Shown: positions 17,718 to 28,105, numbered from the stretch's first letter. The stretch: 64,000 bases of DNA from a virus (IMGVR_UViG_3300047409_000468:1-64000); one strand, 5' to 3'. Notes: generated from the letters alone by a model not told the origin. Translations and numbers: made by a program.

Positions 17718-20700
17718 TGCACCTTACCCCAGCCTTTGGCTACCCAATCGAATACCATGGATTTGCCGGCATTGTTCTTATCGAAGAAATTGACTTTGAA
17801 CGAAGTATCTGTCTTCGTAGCTGTTGGAATCGTGTAATAATCTCCCTGCACCATGTTCTGTGGTGTAACGACAACCGCAGGCACCGCGCGGAACGCGCCA
17901 TTGGGATATGTCACCACAAGGCCCGCAGCCGGTGCCGTCAAATCATTGCCCTTCTCGATGCGGTCCACCATATCTATAACTACAGACAACTGCTTGATGG
18001 CCGGTGTAGTGGATGACCGCACATCGTTAGTACTAATATCTATGGCTGGCTTGCCGGAGAGTAAAATACGAAACTGTATGGCCCACGCCACCACGTCAGT
18101 CAGTCCCAGTATCTGCCAATCTTCCCATTGATTGAGTGTAGGATTAACTTTGGTGATACGGTATTCCGGCTGCACCTTCCAATCAACCTTTTCCACCGTG
18201 TCCAACGGATCTACGGCTGCCAACGTCACCCAGTTAGACATCGCTGATTGTGGGCTATAGCCATATGCATCGATTATCGTAGACACCCGACAACTGGTCA
18301 ATTCCCCTAGATTAATGCTGTTGCTGAAGTAGTAATAACCTGAAAGTTCATAGCTGGTATGTGTCGCATCGTCGGCCAGCCGTAACTCCGGCGCTATCAC
18401 TTCAGTGTGATCGTGTACACCAAGAAATCCCGGATGTTCGTCTATCTGTTGGATAAAATTGATCCCGGTCAACGTGCCGACCAGTGTATATATTGATATT
18501 TCATTCAACGAGCTAAGACCCCAAGGTTTCTTAGCCTTTATGAAGAACGTACCGACCCGCGTGCCAATCTGCACATTGGTGTTGGCCGTATTGACCAAGG
18601 TCGTAGCCGCATTCCAATCTGGCAAGGCAACAAGGTTCGATGCAAACCGTATCTCGTATGTTATGCCAACCCCCGGCACTGGATCCCAGCGCAATATCGA
18701 TATATCTCCCATAGTGGAAATAAGAAAATTGTCCACATCCGGGGGAGGCGTTGTGAACTCTGTCGTAGCATGCGCGGGCGCGTATGTCCAATCGCTGTGC
18801 TGGCCGTTGTCAAAGATGCAGCGCACCCGCACGGTATAGGTACCGCTCTCCAGCTTGCGTATTTCAGTCGTTGTTATCTGCGGCGTGACCGATGCAACCG
18901 GCTTCCAGATGCCTTCGCTGTCGCCCGCGTCCCTGTACTCGATCTGGAACAGCGTGACCCGTCCGTACGGTGGCGGTTCCCAGCTAACAGACAGAAAAGC
19001 CCAATACTGACTGCCCCCGTCGAAATACGCGCCATCAGTTACCCGGATGTTGCGTGGCGGCAATAGGAATGGGTCTATCGGCTGCGTGATGCCGTCATTA
19101 TAATCCGGTATCGCACCAGTGTCGGCATCAGCTATTTCTGGTGCGTCTGCCACCATGGTCAACCGGTGCACAAGATTTTCCTGCGGCTCGATACCTACGA
19201 CCCGTAGAATCTTGCTGTCATTGGTGGCGTAGCCAATATCAAACAGATCACCCACCGCAGGCATGGGCAGTCCAGTGCCCACCAGCCCAACCACCGTAAA
19301 CTCACCGACGTAACCGGGGTCTATCGTACGCTCCAGGAACGTACCGTTCGACAACCGAAACCGCATCAAGTAATTCGTGGCACCAGCCAGCACCACATTC
19401 GTATCCATGTAGACCACTTGCGCGCTGGCATCAATCGCCACCACGCGCCCAGAGTAGAGCCCGTATTTGAACGTGTCATAGTTGACCCGTACACGATCTC
19501 CCCGGATGAGCGGCAAGGCATCCCAGCTTGTCATCAGGCTATAGACGCCGGGCCGCAGGATGCGTTGCGCTAGGTGGAACCGCCCATGCTTCCACACGCG
19601 GTTTGTATCGGTCTGGCCGGGTACATCAAAGCCCTCCAGCAACGTGGCGTTCGCCTTGCTGTATCCATCGTTATAAACGACACGTTCATCCTCGAGCCAG
19701 CCTTTGCTCGCATTGGGGAACCGTATCCTGTAGCCATGCGGTATCGGGTCTAGGTCGCGTTGCTCTTCAAAATTCCAACTGTTGCGTGGCGTGAACAACT
19801 GCACCACGGGAACGTTCTGCTCATCCCATACGACAGACCACTTGCCATCCTTGAACACAGGCATGGCGCGGCCCGCAGCGCAGATTTCTATAAGCAGATC
19901 GAATACCGTCATAGCCTCCAAGATAACCTTATCGTAATACCAGCCTTGGTTCACGCAATACGACCACCACGCCTGCAACGCAGGCAAATCGATCTGGCTT
20001 ACCGGATATGGTCGCCTGTTGGCCTTGCAGGTCAATACGTGGCGAAACAGGTCCGGTGGCCGCCGTGAAATCGTATTGGCCACCCACGCGCTGCCGTTCC
20101 ACGCCGTGACCTTAGAGCTGACGATAACGTTGTATGTGTCAACGATATTGTTAAGCCGGCCCGTGGCCTTGATGCGTATCGCAGTCACAGATATCGGTGC
20201 GTCATTGAACGTGACCGGCTCACCCGTGCGGAAACTGCGCATGGCCGTCCATATTATCTGGTCAAACTCAAGATAATGCGCATCGGTAAGCCTTTGCTGA
20301 GGGTCGGGGCCGAATTTGTGCACCTTTACTTCATATTGACCCATGGCCGGAAAATTGAACACGACGGTGCGTCGTATCACAGCCTGCGTAGCCTTGACAA
20401 AAGCCAGCGAAGGTATGTTGATCCATGTGCTGGCACCTACCGCACGATACTGCATGTCAATCTGTGTACCGCGATCATGGCGTTGCCCATCTGGGTCCAT
20501 GGTCGTCAAGCCTTGCGGCCACGTGAAATCTAACCCTATCTGCACGCAATCTGTCGCGGTAGTCTGCGTAATGGCTGCGTCCACCTGTTTCAGTTCGATG
20601 GACAGGGGCAATTCGATAACTGAACGAGGATAAAGCGACGTTGGTGCTTCATCTATCGCAAAACCATAACGATGCTGGATCGTCGCCTCGGTATAGACAC

Positions 20701-21382
20701 TGAGCGCCGTTTCTCCAATCTTACAACTGGCAGCTTCAATATCCAGCGGCCCATAACCGTTGCAGAACAGTTGCCGCAGATACTGGTCATCGCCAACGGT
20801 TTCGGTATAGGGGCTAGCCGCCAGCGGCGGCGTGATACGATGCCGCCCCAGAATCAACGGTATAGTGCCCCATTGCAGCACTTGATTGCGCGAACCAGAA
20901 ATCGAATACGATGCCTTAGCATCAGTGGCCATAGGCTGCTTGGGCGGCTTGGGCGCGAACAGCTTGGCCAGCAAGAACTTCACGCCGATGGTTATGCCCA
21001 TCATCAGCAGATGGCCAAAGAACCCAAGTGAAGCAATCGCCGCGCTGAATGCACTGGCCGCCGCAGAGATGGCACCAAAGACCGCGAAGATCGGCCCCTC
21101 CGCCACCGGGCGCGCTATCACGGCTACGCTGGGTTTCGGGCGCACACGGTCCCACATGTGTTCGGGCACAAGCGTGCCGTCCTGCAAGTATATTATGAAG
21201 TTATGGCGATACTGCCGCACGTCCCCGACATCGAGCGCGTATTCCAACGCCTCGCTGATAGACAACCCGGTTGGAACCTCGATAACTTTCCTGTCTGGCT
21301 TAAGCGGATGCGGGAATAGATAAAACCGAACCCTGTCTTCAGGCCCCAGTATCTCCCCGTCGCGTGGCTCCAGCGGCTTCAT
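17714..21382 (-). CDS. Central tail tip/host-specificity protein (lambda gpJ-like, with gpI-like N-terminus and FN3 domains)
   Basis: SYSISGSRNQ...IPLILGRHRITPP; YLRQLFC; FN3-like SWEPPP...YTVRVR; position after the NlpC/P60 gene. Confidence 0.85.
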   Translation of the reverse strand: MKPLEPRDGEILGPEDRVRFYLFPHPLKPDRKVIEVPTGLSISEALEYALDVGDVRQYRHNFIIYLQDGTLVPEHMWDRVRPKPSVAVIARPVAEGPIFAVFGAISAAASAFSAAIASLGFFGHLLMMGITIGVKFLLAKLFAPKPPKQPMATDAKASYSISGSRNQVLQWGTIPLILGRHRITPPLAASPYTETVGDDQYLRQLFCNGYGPLDIEAASCKIGETALSVYTEATIQHRYGFAIDEAPTSLYPRSVIELPLSIELKQVDAAITQTTATDCVQIGLDFTWPQGLTTMDPDGQRHDRGTQIDMQYRAVGASTWINIPSLAFVKATQAVIRRTVVFNFPAMGQYEVKVHKFGPDPQQRLTDAHYLEFDQIIWTAMRSFRTGEPVTFNDAPISVTAIRIKATGRLNNIVDTYNVIVSSKVTAWNGSAWVANTISRRPPDLFRHVLTCKANRRPYPVSQIDLPALQAWWSYCVNQGWYYDKVILEAMTVFDLLIEICAAGRAMPVFKDGKWSVVWDEQNVPVVQLFTPRNSWNFEEQRDLDPIPHGYRIRFPNASKGWLEDERVVYNDGYSKANATLLEGFDVPGQTDTNRVWKHGRFHLAQRILRPGVYSLMTSWDALPLIRGDRVRVNYDTFKYGLYSGRVVAIDASAQVVYMDTNVVLAGATNYLMRFRLSNGTFLERTIDPGYVGEFTVVGLVGTGLPMPAVGDLFDIGYATNDSKILRVVGIEPQENLVHRLTMVADAPEIADADTGAIPDYNDGITQPIDPFLLPPRNIRVTDGAYFDGGSQYWAFLSVSWEPPPYGRVTLFQIEYRDAGDSEGIWKPVASVTPQITTTEIRKLESGTYTVRVRCIFDNGQHSDWTYAPAHATTEFTTPPPDVDNFLISTMGDISILRWDPVPGVGITYEIRFASNLVALPDWNAATTLVNTANTNVQIGTRVGTFFIKAKKPWGLSSLNEISIYTLVGTLTGINFIQQIDEHPGFLGVHDHTEVIAPELRLADDATHTSYELSGYYYFSNSINLGELTSCRVSTIIDAYGYSPQSAMSNWVTLAAVDPLDTVEKVDWKVQPEYRITKVNPTLNQWEDWQILGLTDVVAWAIQFRILLSGKPAIDISTNDVRSSTTPAIKQLSVVIDMVDRIEKGNDLTAPAAGLVVTYPNGAFRAVPAVVVTPQNMVQGDYYTIPTATKTDTSFKVNFFDKNNAGKSMVFDWVAKGWGKVQ

Positions 21383-21774
21383 GGTACGTAACGATAAAAG
21401 CCCTCTAGCAGGTTGCTTATCCGTAGCGAATGATAACTCTCGATAACCGCACCCGCGCCTTTCTCAATATGCAGTAACCGCCCACCCCCGACCACAACCC
21501 CGATGTGCGGCCGCCCGGCAACGTGCATCAACGCACCGTCGCCGGGCTCCGGGTCCGCCACCTGGATCCAATAATCGGGCCTGTCGTCCACCAGCCGCCG
21601 TATGTGCAGGCGGTCCAGGGCGGTTGTGTAGTCGGCGCTGTAGGACGGCAGCTCGATGCCCAGCACATGCCTGTATACCAGCCAGAAAAGTCCCCAGCAG
21701 TCGGCCCCTGCCTCCGTGCGGCCTCCATCCAGCCACGGCACACCAACAAACTGTTCAAAGTCTCGTGGGGTCAC
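21379..21774 (-). CDS. NlpC/P60 tail-tip peptidase
   Basis: GVPWLDGGRTEAGADCWGL...HIGVV...LLH. Confidence 0.9.
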   Translation of the reverse strand: MTPRDFEQFVGVPWLDGGRTEAGADCWGLFWLVYRHVLGIELPSYSADYTTALDRLHIRRLVDDRPDYWIQVADPEPGDGALMHVAGRPHIGVVVGGGRLLHIEKGAGAVIESYHSLRISNLLEGFYRYVP

Positions 21775-22280
21775 GCAAAAGCTCCAGGAAACCCTGCCGG
21801 GGTGAACAGACCGGCAGGGATGGGCTCATCCTCTGCGGCGTCCAGCCCGATATCGAAAGAAACAACGTTAGAGTTACGGGTGAATCCGCGCAGGTCCAGC
21901 ACCGGGAACGGTATCTGCACGGTATCCGGCGCAGACGCAGCCACAATGTCCAAATCGCATGTGCCACGCTGCACCATGTTGGAGCAGAAATCGTTTATTA
22001 CGCCTGTCACATTCTCAACCATCAATTGCATGCGCGGCGGGCGGTCAGCGGCGTCCGTGGGCAGGCGTATGCTCAGCGGGTGGTATGCATACGTCACACC
22101 ACGGCTGACTGTCCCCCAAACGAGCTCTGGCTCCGTATCGAGCAGCGCCGTATTGTCGCCAGATATATACAGCACCGTAGTCGTGTCCGGGTGCGTCAGC
22201 CTAAGCAGCATGATAGGAACTTCGTCGGACTCTTGTAAGTACAACTGAGTCCTGAAATTGAGCGATATGGTCTTGCTCAT
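21771..22280 (-). CDS. Tail hub protein (DUF1833-like)
   Basis: LLRLTHP...SRG..Y..P..I.LP...P..QL.VENV...EP.PA..FTP..FPG.F. Confidence 0.75.
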   Translation of the reverse strand: MSKTISLNFRTQLYLQESDEVPIMLLRLTHPDTTTVLYISGDNTALLDTEPELVWGTVSRGVTYAYHPLSIRLPTDAADRPPRMQLMVENVTGVINDFCSNMVQRGTCDLDIVAASAPDTVQIPFPVLDLRGFTRNSNVVSFDIGLDAAEDEPIPAGLFTPAGFPGAFA

Positions 22281-23203
22281 GTTTCAAATATCTCCAGTTC
22301 CAGGTTGACCGCCCAAGATTCCCCACCAAGGAAAACCGGCTGCGGCGGGCCGCCATTGGCCCGGAACCGTGCTATAGGATTCGCGGTATTTGGCGTAAGC
22401 ATAAAGTCTGTTGCCGATTTAACTTTCTCCATTTGCGGCCCACCGATGCGAATACGCATGTCCATGAAAATGCCCGGCTTGGCCCACAACACCAGCCGAG
22501 GGATCAACCCGGTCAGTCCAGTAATCTGCGGAGTCCAGGTATTGGTATAGCGTTGCTGCGCCAATGCCAAGGTGGATAGCTGCGGCAGCACATCCACCAT
22601 ATGGCTCGTAGTCGATGGCACGTCATACTGTACCAGCCCGATATTCAACACGTTTGTCTTGGAGCCCGCCAGAAGCTGCATATAGAGCGACTGCGTCCAC
22701 GTCTCCCCGGAAACCGCCGGGATGCTGCCACTAAAGCTGATTAGATTATAGGCCGCGCCCGTGCCGGTGCCGGCATAGTGCAGATCTACATACGGCAGGC
22801 CACTCACAGTGCCGTATTCCGCCACTTCGGCGATGATGCCGTTCTGTGTGCCGCCGCCAGACCAGCCCGTGGGCAAGTGGCCGGGGCTGCCGGTCACCGC
22901 ACCACCGGTTCCACTATTGGGCAGCCAATTGCGTCGCCAGCCGTAGCCGAACACCGGGTCCGGGAAATTGAACGGCAGCTTGCCGTCCAGTGTATCATCA
23001 CGCCAGAACTGCCGCAGACGCACCAACTGGTCATGGTCCATCATCATAACGCCAGTGATGGGCCGGGGCATCGAACTGATGCGACTGCGGATCAATGCCG
23101 GGCCAAGGTCCGGTTGGGTTGCTATGCGGTTATCGCCAAAGGCGTCCGAATAACCATCCTTCTCGAACTGTTGGGGCAAACTGCTTGGCCATGCCTGCGG
23201 CAT
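22277..23203 (-). CDS. Distal tail (Dit) protein with an inserted carbohydrate-binding-like domain
   Basis: Dit N-terminus WPSSLPQ...DLGPALIR...F...TLDGKLPFNFPDP and C-terminus WAVNLELE flank a ~190-aa beta insertion. Confidence 0.7.
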   Translation of the reverse strand: MPQAWPSSLPQQFEKDGYSDAFGDNRIATQPDLGPALIRSRISSMPRPITGVMMMDHDQLVRLRQFWRDDTLDGKLPFNFPDPVFGYGWRRNWLPNSGTGGAVTGSPGHLPTGWSGGGTQNGIIAEVAEYGTVSGLPYVDLHYAGTGTGAAYNLISFSGSIPAVSGETWTQSLYMQLLAGSKTNVLNIGLVQYDVPSTTSHMVDVLPQLSTLALAQQRYTNTWTPQITGLTGLIPRLVLWAKPGIFMDMRIRIGGPQMEKVKSATDFMLTPNTANPIARFRANGGPPQPVFLGGESWAVNLELEIFET

Positions 23204-23305
23204 ATCAATATCCTAAGCGCCGAGTAGGGTGCGAATACCGAACCATAAGCACACGCGGAATGCAGAATCGTCCACGCACGTGGTACAGAAAATACCTTGA
23301 TGTTC

Positions 23306-26300
23306 TCATCTCTGCTTCATTCGATCATTGACATTGAACTTGCCGCGAATGGCGTTGTTGCTGGCCGTGCCGCGCAAATCTATGTTGGCCGCGTTCATGC
23401 GATCCACGATAACGTCCAGCGTAACGCCTTCCTTGTCCTCGGTTGCCCGCGTCTTAATACTGGCCCCGGCATAATTGTGCACGTTGACGATTGTGTTGCC
23501 CCCAAGCGATGCCTTGGCCGCCGCCACCGAAGGGAAAACCGCCTCACCCTGCTTGAGCACGGCGGGGTACTCCCCGGCAGAGAACATGTTGCCACCATGC
23601 AGGCGCGGCGCGGATAGCCACGGAGACATTGAATTAAAATAACGCGATGAGCTAGGTGACCCTACTATGCCACCAGAGTGATATAACCCGCCAACCCCAC
23701 CAAGGATGTCCATGGTCGCTGCCGGGGAGATACTGGTCATCCAGTCTATGGCACCACCCGCGCCACCCTTCAAACCAGACAAAGCCGAAAACCAACTTGA
23801 GCCACCACCCTGTGGGTTGGCCATGAAGGATTGCAGCGTCTTGCCCAGATTGCTCATGCCGCCGGATAGTTCACTCAGCGAACTGGCTGTCTTGCTAGAT
23901 ATACCGTTCAGGTCAGTAAGCGCTTTAATCTGTTCTTCCGAACTCTTGACAACCTTGTCAGTTGTATCTGTTACCTTTTTTAGTGACTTGTTAAAGTCCT
24001 CAACATTCTTGATGGCCCCAGATTGTACATCGCTCTGTACCTCCCCACGCCGCACCTGGAAGTGCATGGCATCTGCCTTGCGCCACATGCCACCCCATTC
24101 TAGGTCATGCTTCGCAGCCAAGGCTTGCGGGTCAATACCATAGTCTCCAAAGTTGCCCTTCGCACCAACCGCCCACGGGTTTTGACGCGGATTGATATCC
24201 ACCGCCGCGCCATAGGCATGTTGTGAAAGGTTGCCGGTCCCTTTTACAAATCTATCGCTGTAGCCACCTTCACCAAGACTAGTTATCGGGTAGCCAGCCT
24301 TCTTAAGGTCTGCAATCAAACCAGAAAAACGTTCCGCATATGCTGATGCAACCGTAATGTATTGCCCGCCACCAACATCTATCTTCGTCAACGGTATGTT
24401 GCCCGTGCGCGCCGCCGTGGTACCCGCCGCCGAACCTATGATAGAGCTGACAACGCTAGAATCTACAGCACCACCACCACCGCCACCACCGGCATTTTTA
24501 AGGAAATCGGTAAAAGTAGTATTCGCTAGGAAACCGCCACCGCCGCCACCGCCACCGCCGCCAAGGAACGCGCCTATGAGCCCGCCGCCGCTGCTCCCGC
24601 CCGTGCCCATGATGTCGTTGATAATGGTATTGATAAGGCTATCGAGCACCTTGTCAAGTGCTCGCTGTGCAGAGTCGGTCAGCGCCTTTACAAGGTTCTT
24701 GCCTAGATCGTCACCGCCCTGCACCAAGGCATCTGACAGACTGTGCAACAGGTCGCTCGCAGTGTCGCGCGCGAAGCCCTGTATTTCCTGGATGCGTGCG
24801 GTTTCACGCATGTACCCAGCTATCGGGCTATCTGTGCTGATGCCCGTGCCATGTAGCTTGCGCGCAATCGCTGCTTCCTCTTGGCTCATGTACAGCAACG
24901 AGCGCTCAAATATCAAGTCTTGTATAAGCTTCTGCTTGTTTAGTTCATCGACCAATAAACCGTATGCCTTGGTCTTTTCCTTGATATTGGCTATTTCCTT
25001 TTCGTCCATGGCAACGCCGCGCTCGGCGGCATCCCTGCGTAATTCGTCCGTCATACGGTACTCTTCACGCAGCGCCGCCGTCTCCCCGGCAGTCTTACCA
25101 ATAAGGTCGAGCTCCTCCTGTTGGGAACGTATCAAATCATCCAGGTTCTGGTGCCGTGACCGCGTGGCATCCGCCATCTCTTTATCGATGCGTGCCCGTT
25201 CAAGCCGTGCAGCCTCACCAATTTCAAAATCTGTCTGCGCGCCACCCACCTTGCCCGCACCCGCAGACGCACCCGCAGCCGCAATTTTCTCAGCATTGGT
25301 ACGGGCATTCATTTGCGCAATTTGAGCGTCATTCTGCGCTTTGGTACGTTCTCGACTTATTCCTTCTTCGGCCTCTTTAAGTTGGAGAAGTATCTTGAAG
25401 TATTGTTCTGCGGCATCGATTAAAAGTTGATATGTCTGGTACTCTGCCGATCCCGCCGCAACACCGGCTTTGGCTGCTTTATCTTTAATTCCGTCTATAA
25501 ATTCCAACTTCTGGCGCTGCACATCCAGCTGCGCACCAGAAAGCTTCATCAAGCCAAATTCCTCACCCTCCTTACGCACCATATCTTCAAGTGACTTAGT
25601 CCGCTCAGTCGCAAAATCCCTTTGCTCACGCGCAATGTTCGCCTGTTCTTCCGCAACTGCACGCATTATTGCGTGTTCTTTAGCGAGTCCAACTGCATCT
25701 TTGTTACGTTCTTCAGCAAGATCCTTTACCGCGCGTAACCGTTCTTCGTCAGTCCGTGCATCTGCACGCGCAATCTCCAATCGCTGCATTTTATCCAGAC
25801 TGGCTACCATTTCTTCAACAGTAACGCCTAGATCTGCAAATGTCTTTCGCGCCTCGTCCGTAACTTCAACAAGCTCGGCCAACCGTGCTCCAGCAAGTGG
25901 AGACGATTTACCAATCGCTAGAATTGCTTTATCGAAAGAATCCATATCCGGATTACCGGCTTTAATACTTTCAAATAAAGCCCTGATAGGTTCCTCAAAT
26001 GCTTTGAATTTCTTTGCAACTTGGAAAGCTTGCCCCTGATATGAAGATCCTAACGGACCCATTTCAGCACCACCAAAACTCAGCCAGTCATCAGAACTGG
26101 CCTCACCAAATAAAGCACCAGCCCTCCCTCTACCGGCTGCTTCTAAAAGTTGTCGTGACTGTTGTGCCTTTGCAGTCATAACTCCTTCTGATTTAGCGGC
26201 AAAATTCTCAACAGAAACGCTGGCCCCTCCATATGCTTTAGCCAAATCATTAACTGATTTTGTATATTCCTTTGTTAATTCATCGAGGGTCTTAACCTTT

Positions 26301-27097
26301 TGGCCCGAACCAGTCAACCACTGGTACATGGCCGCGCCAACACCCACGATCGCTATGGGCAATAGTTGGGTCAAAGACAACATGCTGGTGAGCCCACCAA
26401 CCATGCTCATCAAACCCGCCTTGACGCCACCAGACTGTCCAAAATTCATGGCCAACTGACTGCCCTGTTGCAGAGCAATCATAGCGGGGTTCATACCCAT
26501 AGCGGCAGTGGTAACAACATCCTGCAACTGGTACATCATGTTGGTCTGCATCATCTTCTGCATACCAGCACTACCACCACCACCACCACCACCCGCCGCT
26601 GCGCCCCCGGCCCCCAGCAAACCGCCCGGCTGCGTCCGTCCGGCACGCAACGTCCTTTCAGCATCCACCTGTCGCTGCGTGGTGATGCGCAACCGCTCCA
26701 GGGCCACGTTCATTTCATTAACCGAAATGGCCCCGACAGCATTAGCCTGCTTTATCTCAGTTTGCGCAATGCGATACTGCGACATGATTGCATGCGCTTG
26801 GTTGAACTTCGCACGCAAGCGATCGAGCTCTGCACCATAGGCCGCGATGTCCTCACCGCGTCCCATGGTGGTCTGCATCTGTTGCTGCGGGGTCTTTATA
26901 TTGAGCGCCGCCTCGATGCGCCGGGCGAAACTTTCGGACTGGTTTGCCGCCTGCTGAAGCTGACTGGTCGTGGTCTGCGTAAGCTTGGTGACTGCCGCTT
27001 CAGCCTTGCCGGCCGCCGCCGTAAGACTGTTCAGTTCCGGTACTGCCCCGTCGGCAATGCCAGAGGTTACGACAGTGATGCCAAGCTCTGCCATCAC
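23306..27097 (-). CDS. Tape measure protein with an embedded peptidase M15-type domain
   Basis: YQLQDVVTTAAMGMNPAMIALQQGSQ (lambda-type TMP); long helical body; SQHAYGAAVDIN...WGG.W...DAMHFQ. Confidence 0.9.
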   Translation of the reverse strand: MMAELGITVVTSGIADGAVPELNSLTAAAGKAEAAVTKLTQTTTSQLQQAANQSESFARRIEAALNIKTPQQQMQTTMGRGEDIAAYGAELDRLRAKFNQAHAIMSQYRIAQTEIKQANAVGAISVNEMNVALERLRITTQRQVDAERTLRAGRTQPGGLLGAGGAAAGGGGGGGSAGMQKMMQTNMMYQLQDVVTTAAMGMNPAMIALQQGSQLAMNFGQSGGVKAGLMSMVGGLTSMLSLTQLLPIAIVGVGAAMYQWLTGSGQKVKTLDELTKEYTKSVNDLAKAYGGASVSVENFAAKSEGVMTAKAQQSRQLLEAAGRGRAGALFGEASSDDWLSFGGAEMGPLGSSYQGQAFQVAKKFKAFEEPIRALFESIKAGNPDMDSFDKAILAIGKSSPLAGARLAELVEVTDEARKTFADLGVTVEEMVASLDKMQRLEIARADARTDEERLRAVKDLAEERNKDAVGLAKEHAIMRAVAEEQANIAREQRDFATERTKSLEDMVRKEGEEFGLMKLSGAQLDVQRQKLEFIDGIKDKAAKAGVAAGSAEYQTYQLLIDAAEQYFKILLQLKEAEEGISRERTKAQNDAQIAQMNARTNAEKIAAAGASAGAGKVGGAQTDFEIGEAARLERARIDKEMADATRSRHQNLDDLIRSQQEELDLIGKTAGETAALREEYRMTDELRRDAAERGVAMDEKEIANIKEKTKAYGLLVDELNKQKLIQDLIFERSLLYMSQEEAAIARKLHGTGISTDSPIAGYMRETARIQEIQGFARDTASDLLHSLSDALVQGGDDLGKNLVKALTDSAQRALDKVLDSLINTIINDIMGTGGSSGGGLIGAFLGGGGGGGGGGFLANTTFTDFLKNAGGGGGGGAVDSSVVSSIIGSAAGTTAARTGNIPLTKIDVGGGQYITVASAYAERFSGLIADLKKAGYPITSLGEGGYSDRFVKGTGNLSQHAYGAAVDINPRQNPWAVGAKGNFGDYGIDPQALAAKHDLEWGGMWRKADAMHFQVRRGEVQSDVQSGAIKNVEDFNKSLKKVTDTTDKVVKSSEEQIKALTDLNGISSKTASSLSELSGGMSNLGKTLQSFMANPQGGGSSWFSALSGLKGGAGGAIDWMTSISPAATMDILGGVGGLYHSGGIVGSPSSSRYFNSMSPWLSAPRLHGGNMFSAGEYPAVLKQGEAVFPSVAAAKASLGGNTIVNVHNYAGASIKTRATEDKEGVTLDVIVDRMNAANIDLRGTASNNAIRGKFNVNDRMKQR

Positions 27098-27486
27098 TAT
27101 CTCCTATTATCGTTGCTGCCGAAAAGAGCGTCGAAAAGTTCGGGTGTCAGTGGCCGCGTGGAGATGTCTTCATCTCCAAGTATCGATGGGGTTTCAGGCT
27201 CTTTCTTCGCTTCGTCCTTCTTGCGAAGTGCCTGGATGTAGGCGACATCCATTTCCATCAAAAGCTTCAGTTCCCACTGACTTAGAGTGCGCTGCGTCAA
27301 CCGGCACCACGCCTCAATCTCCGTGTATTCTAAACTCAGTGCCCCGGCGTAGCCCGGCCGCCGGGTCCAACACAACTCCATGAAGTAGCCAAACAGGTAT
27401 TCTATAGCCTCCGGGAATACTGGCCTCCTGTCTGCAACCCATTCCTCTATCGCTACACGACATCTGTAACGGAGGACACGAAAAAA
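27097..27486 (-). CDS. Tail assembly chaperone gpGT-like extension (-1 frameshift product)
   Basis: Slippery T-TTT-TTC at 27486-27480; the -1 frame is open and in frame with ORF 27097-27381 (EIEAWCRL...WELKLLMEMD). Confidence 0.8.
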   Translation of the reverse strand, partial: FFRVLRYRCRVAIEEWVADRRPVFPEAIEYLFGYFMELCWTRRPGYAGALSLEYTEIEAWCRLTQRTLSQWELKLLMEMDVAYIQALRKKDEAKKEPETPSILGDEDISTRPLTPELFDALFGSNDNRR

Positions 27487-27896
27487 GACGAGCGCCGTCC
27501 AGCCCTGTCTGCAACTTGGTCGCGTATGAACGGGAACCGGCTGTAGAGCGCATAGGCGTTGTCTTCAGTAAGCTCATGCACCACACCATCCAACTTGAAC
27601 TGGGACCACGAAATCGTCGCTATGGCCAGCCCGCGTGTCTGCCGGTCATAGAGCTCTTCCGGGGAGAGTGGTGTGGGGTCGTCGCTTGCCATGCGTTCCG
27701 CAGCCATCTTCTCAATGGCCTTGCGCTGGCGTGTAGAATCCGGCCCGGCAATGCGGATAACGATACCCATCTTCTTGCCGTTTGGATCCTTTATTTCGAC
27801 CTCCAATCCCGCTTCTTGGGCGACCTGCAAAGCGTCAAACCGGGAAAGGTCTAACAACTCCATCGGGCCGTCCGGATTCTTGGCCACATCATTCAT
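27453..27896 (-). CDS. Tail assembly chaperone gpG-like
   Basis: Lies between the tail tubes and TMP; G..I.I.GPDS...ATISW...NA.ALY..FP.I.DQ. Confidence 0.8.
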   Translation of the reverse strand: MNDVAKNPDGPMELLDLSRFDALQVAQEAGLEVEIKDPNGKKMGIVIRIAGPDSTRQRKAIEKMAAERMASDDPTPLSPEELYDRQTRGLAIATISWSQFKLDGVVHELTEDNAYALYSRFPFIRDQVADRAGRRSSFFVSSVTDVV

Positions 27897-27918
27897 TACT
27901 TTGTTCCTCCCTAAAACG

Positions 27919-28089
27919 TTACTGCGCGGTTGTACCCTCCGTCAAGGTGGAAGGAATGCCGGCCGGCTTCTCTTCTGGCGGCTTCTTTTCCGCTGGCGCT
28001 GGTTCCGGTTTCTTCTCCTCTACAACAGGTTTATCCAAGTCTTCCTCGGGTATCTCACCTTCACCATACCAGCGTCTTACATTGGCCAT
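27919..28089 (-). CDS. Small Pro/Glu/Lys-rich protein (56 aa)
   Basis: GAGGA RBS before ATG 28089; MANVRRWYGEGEIPEEDLDKP... Confidence 0.55.
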   Translation of the reverse strand: MANVRRWYGEGEIPEEDLDKPVVEEKKPEPAPAEKKPPEEKPAGIPSTLTEGTTAQ

Positions 28090-28105
28090 GTTTTCCTCCT
28101 TCTCT

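Noticed and set aside
10310-21382. Diversity-generating retroelement or invertible tail-fibre switch
   Set aside because: No reverse transcriptase, template/variable repeat pair or invertase seen.
23204-23309. 34-aa ORF (MRTSRYFLYH...) between TMP and Dit
   Set aside because: Has an ATGA overlap but is very short with no other support; not reported as a gene.
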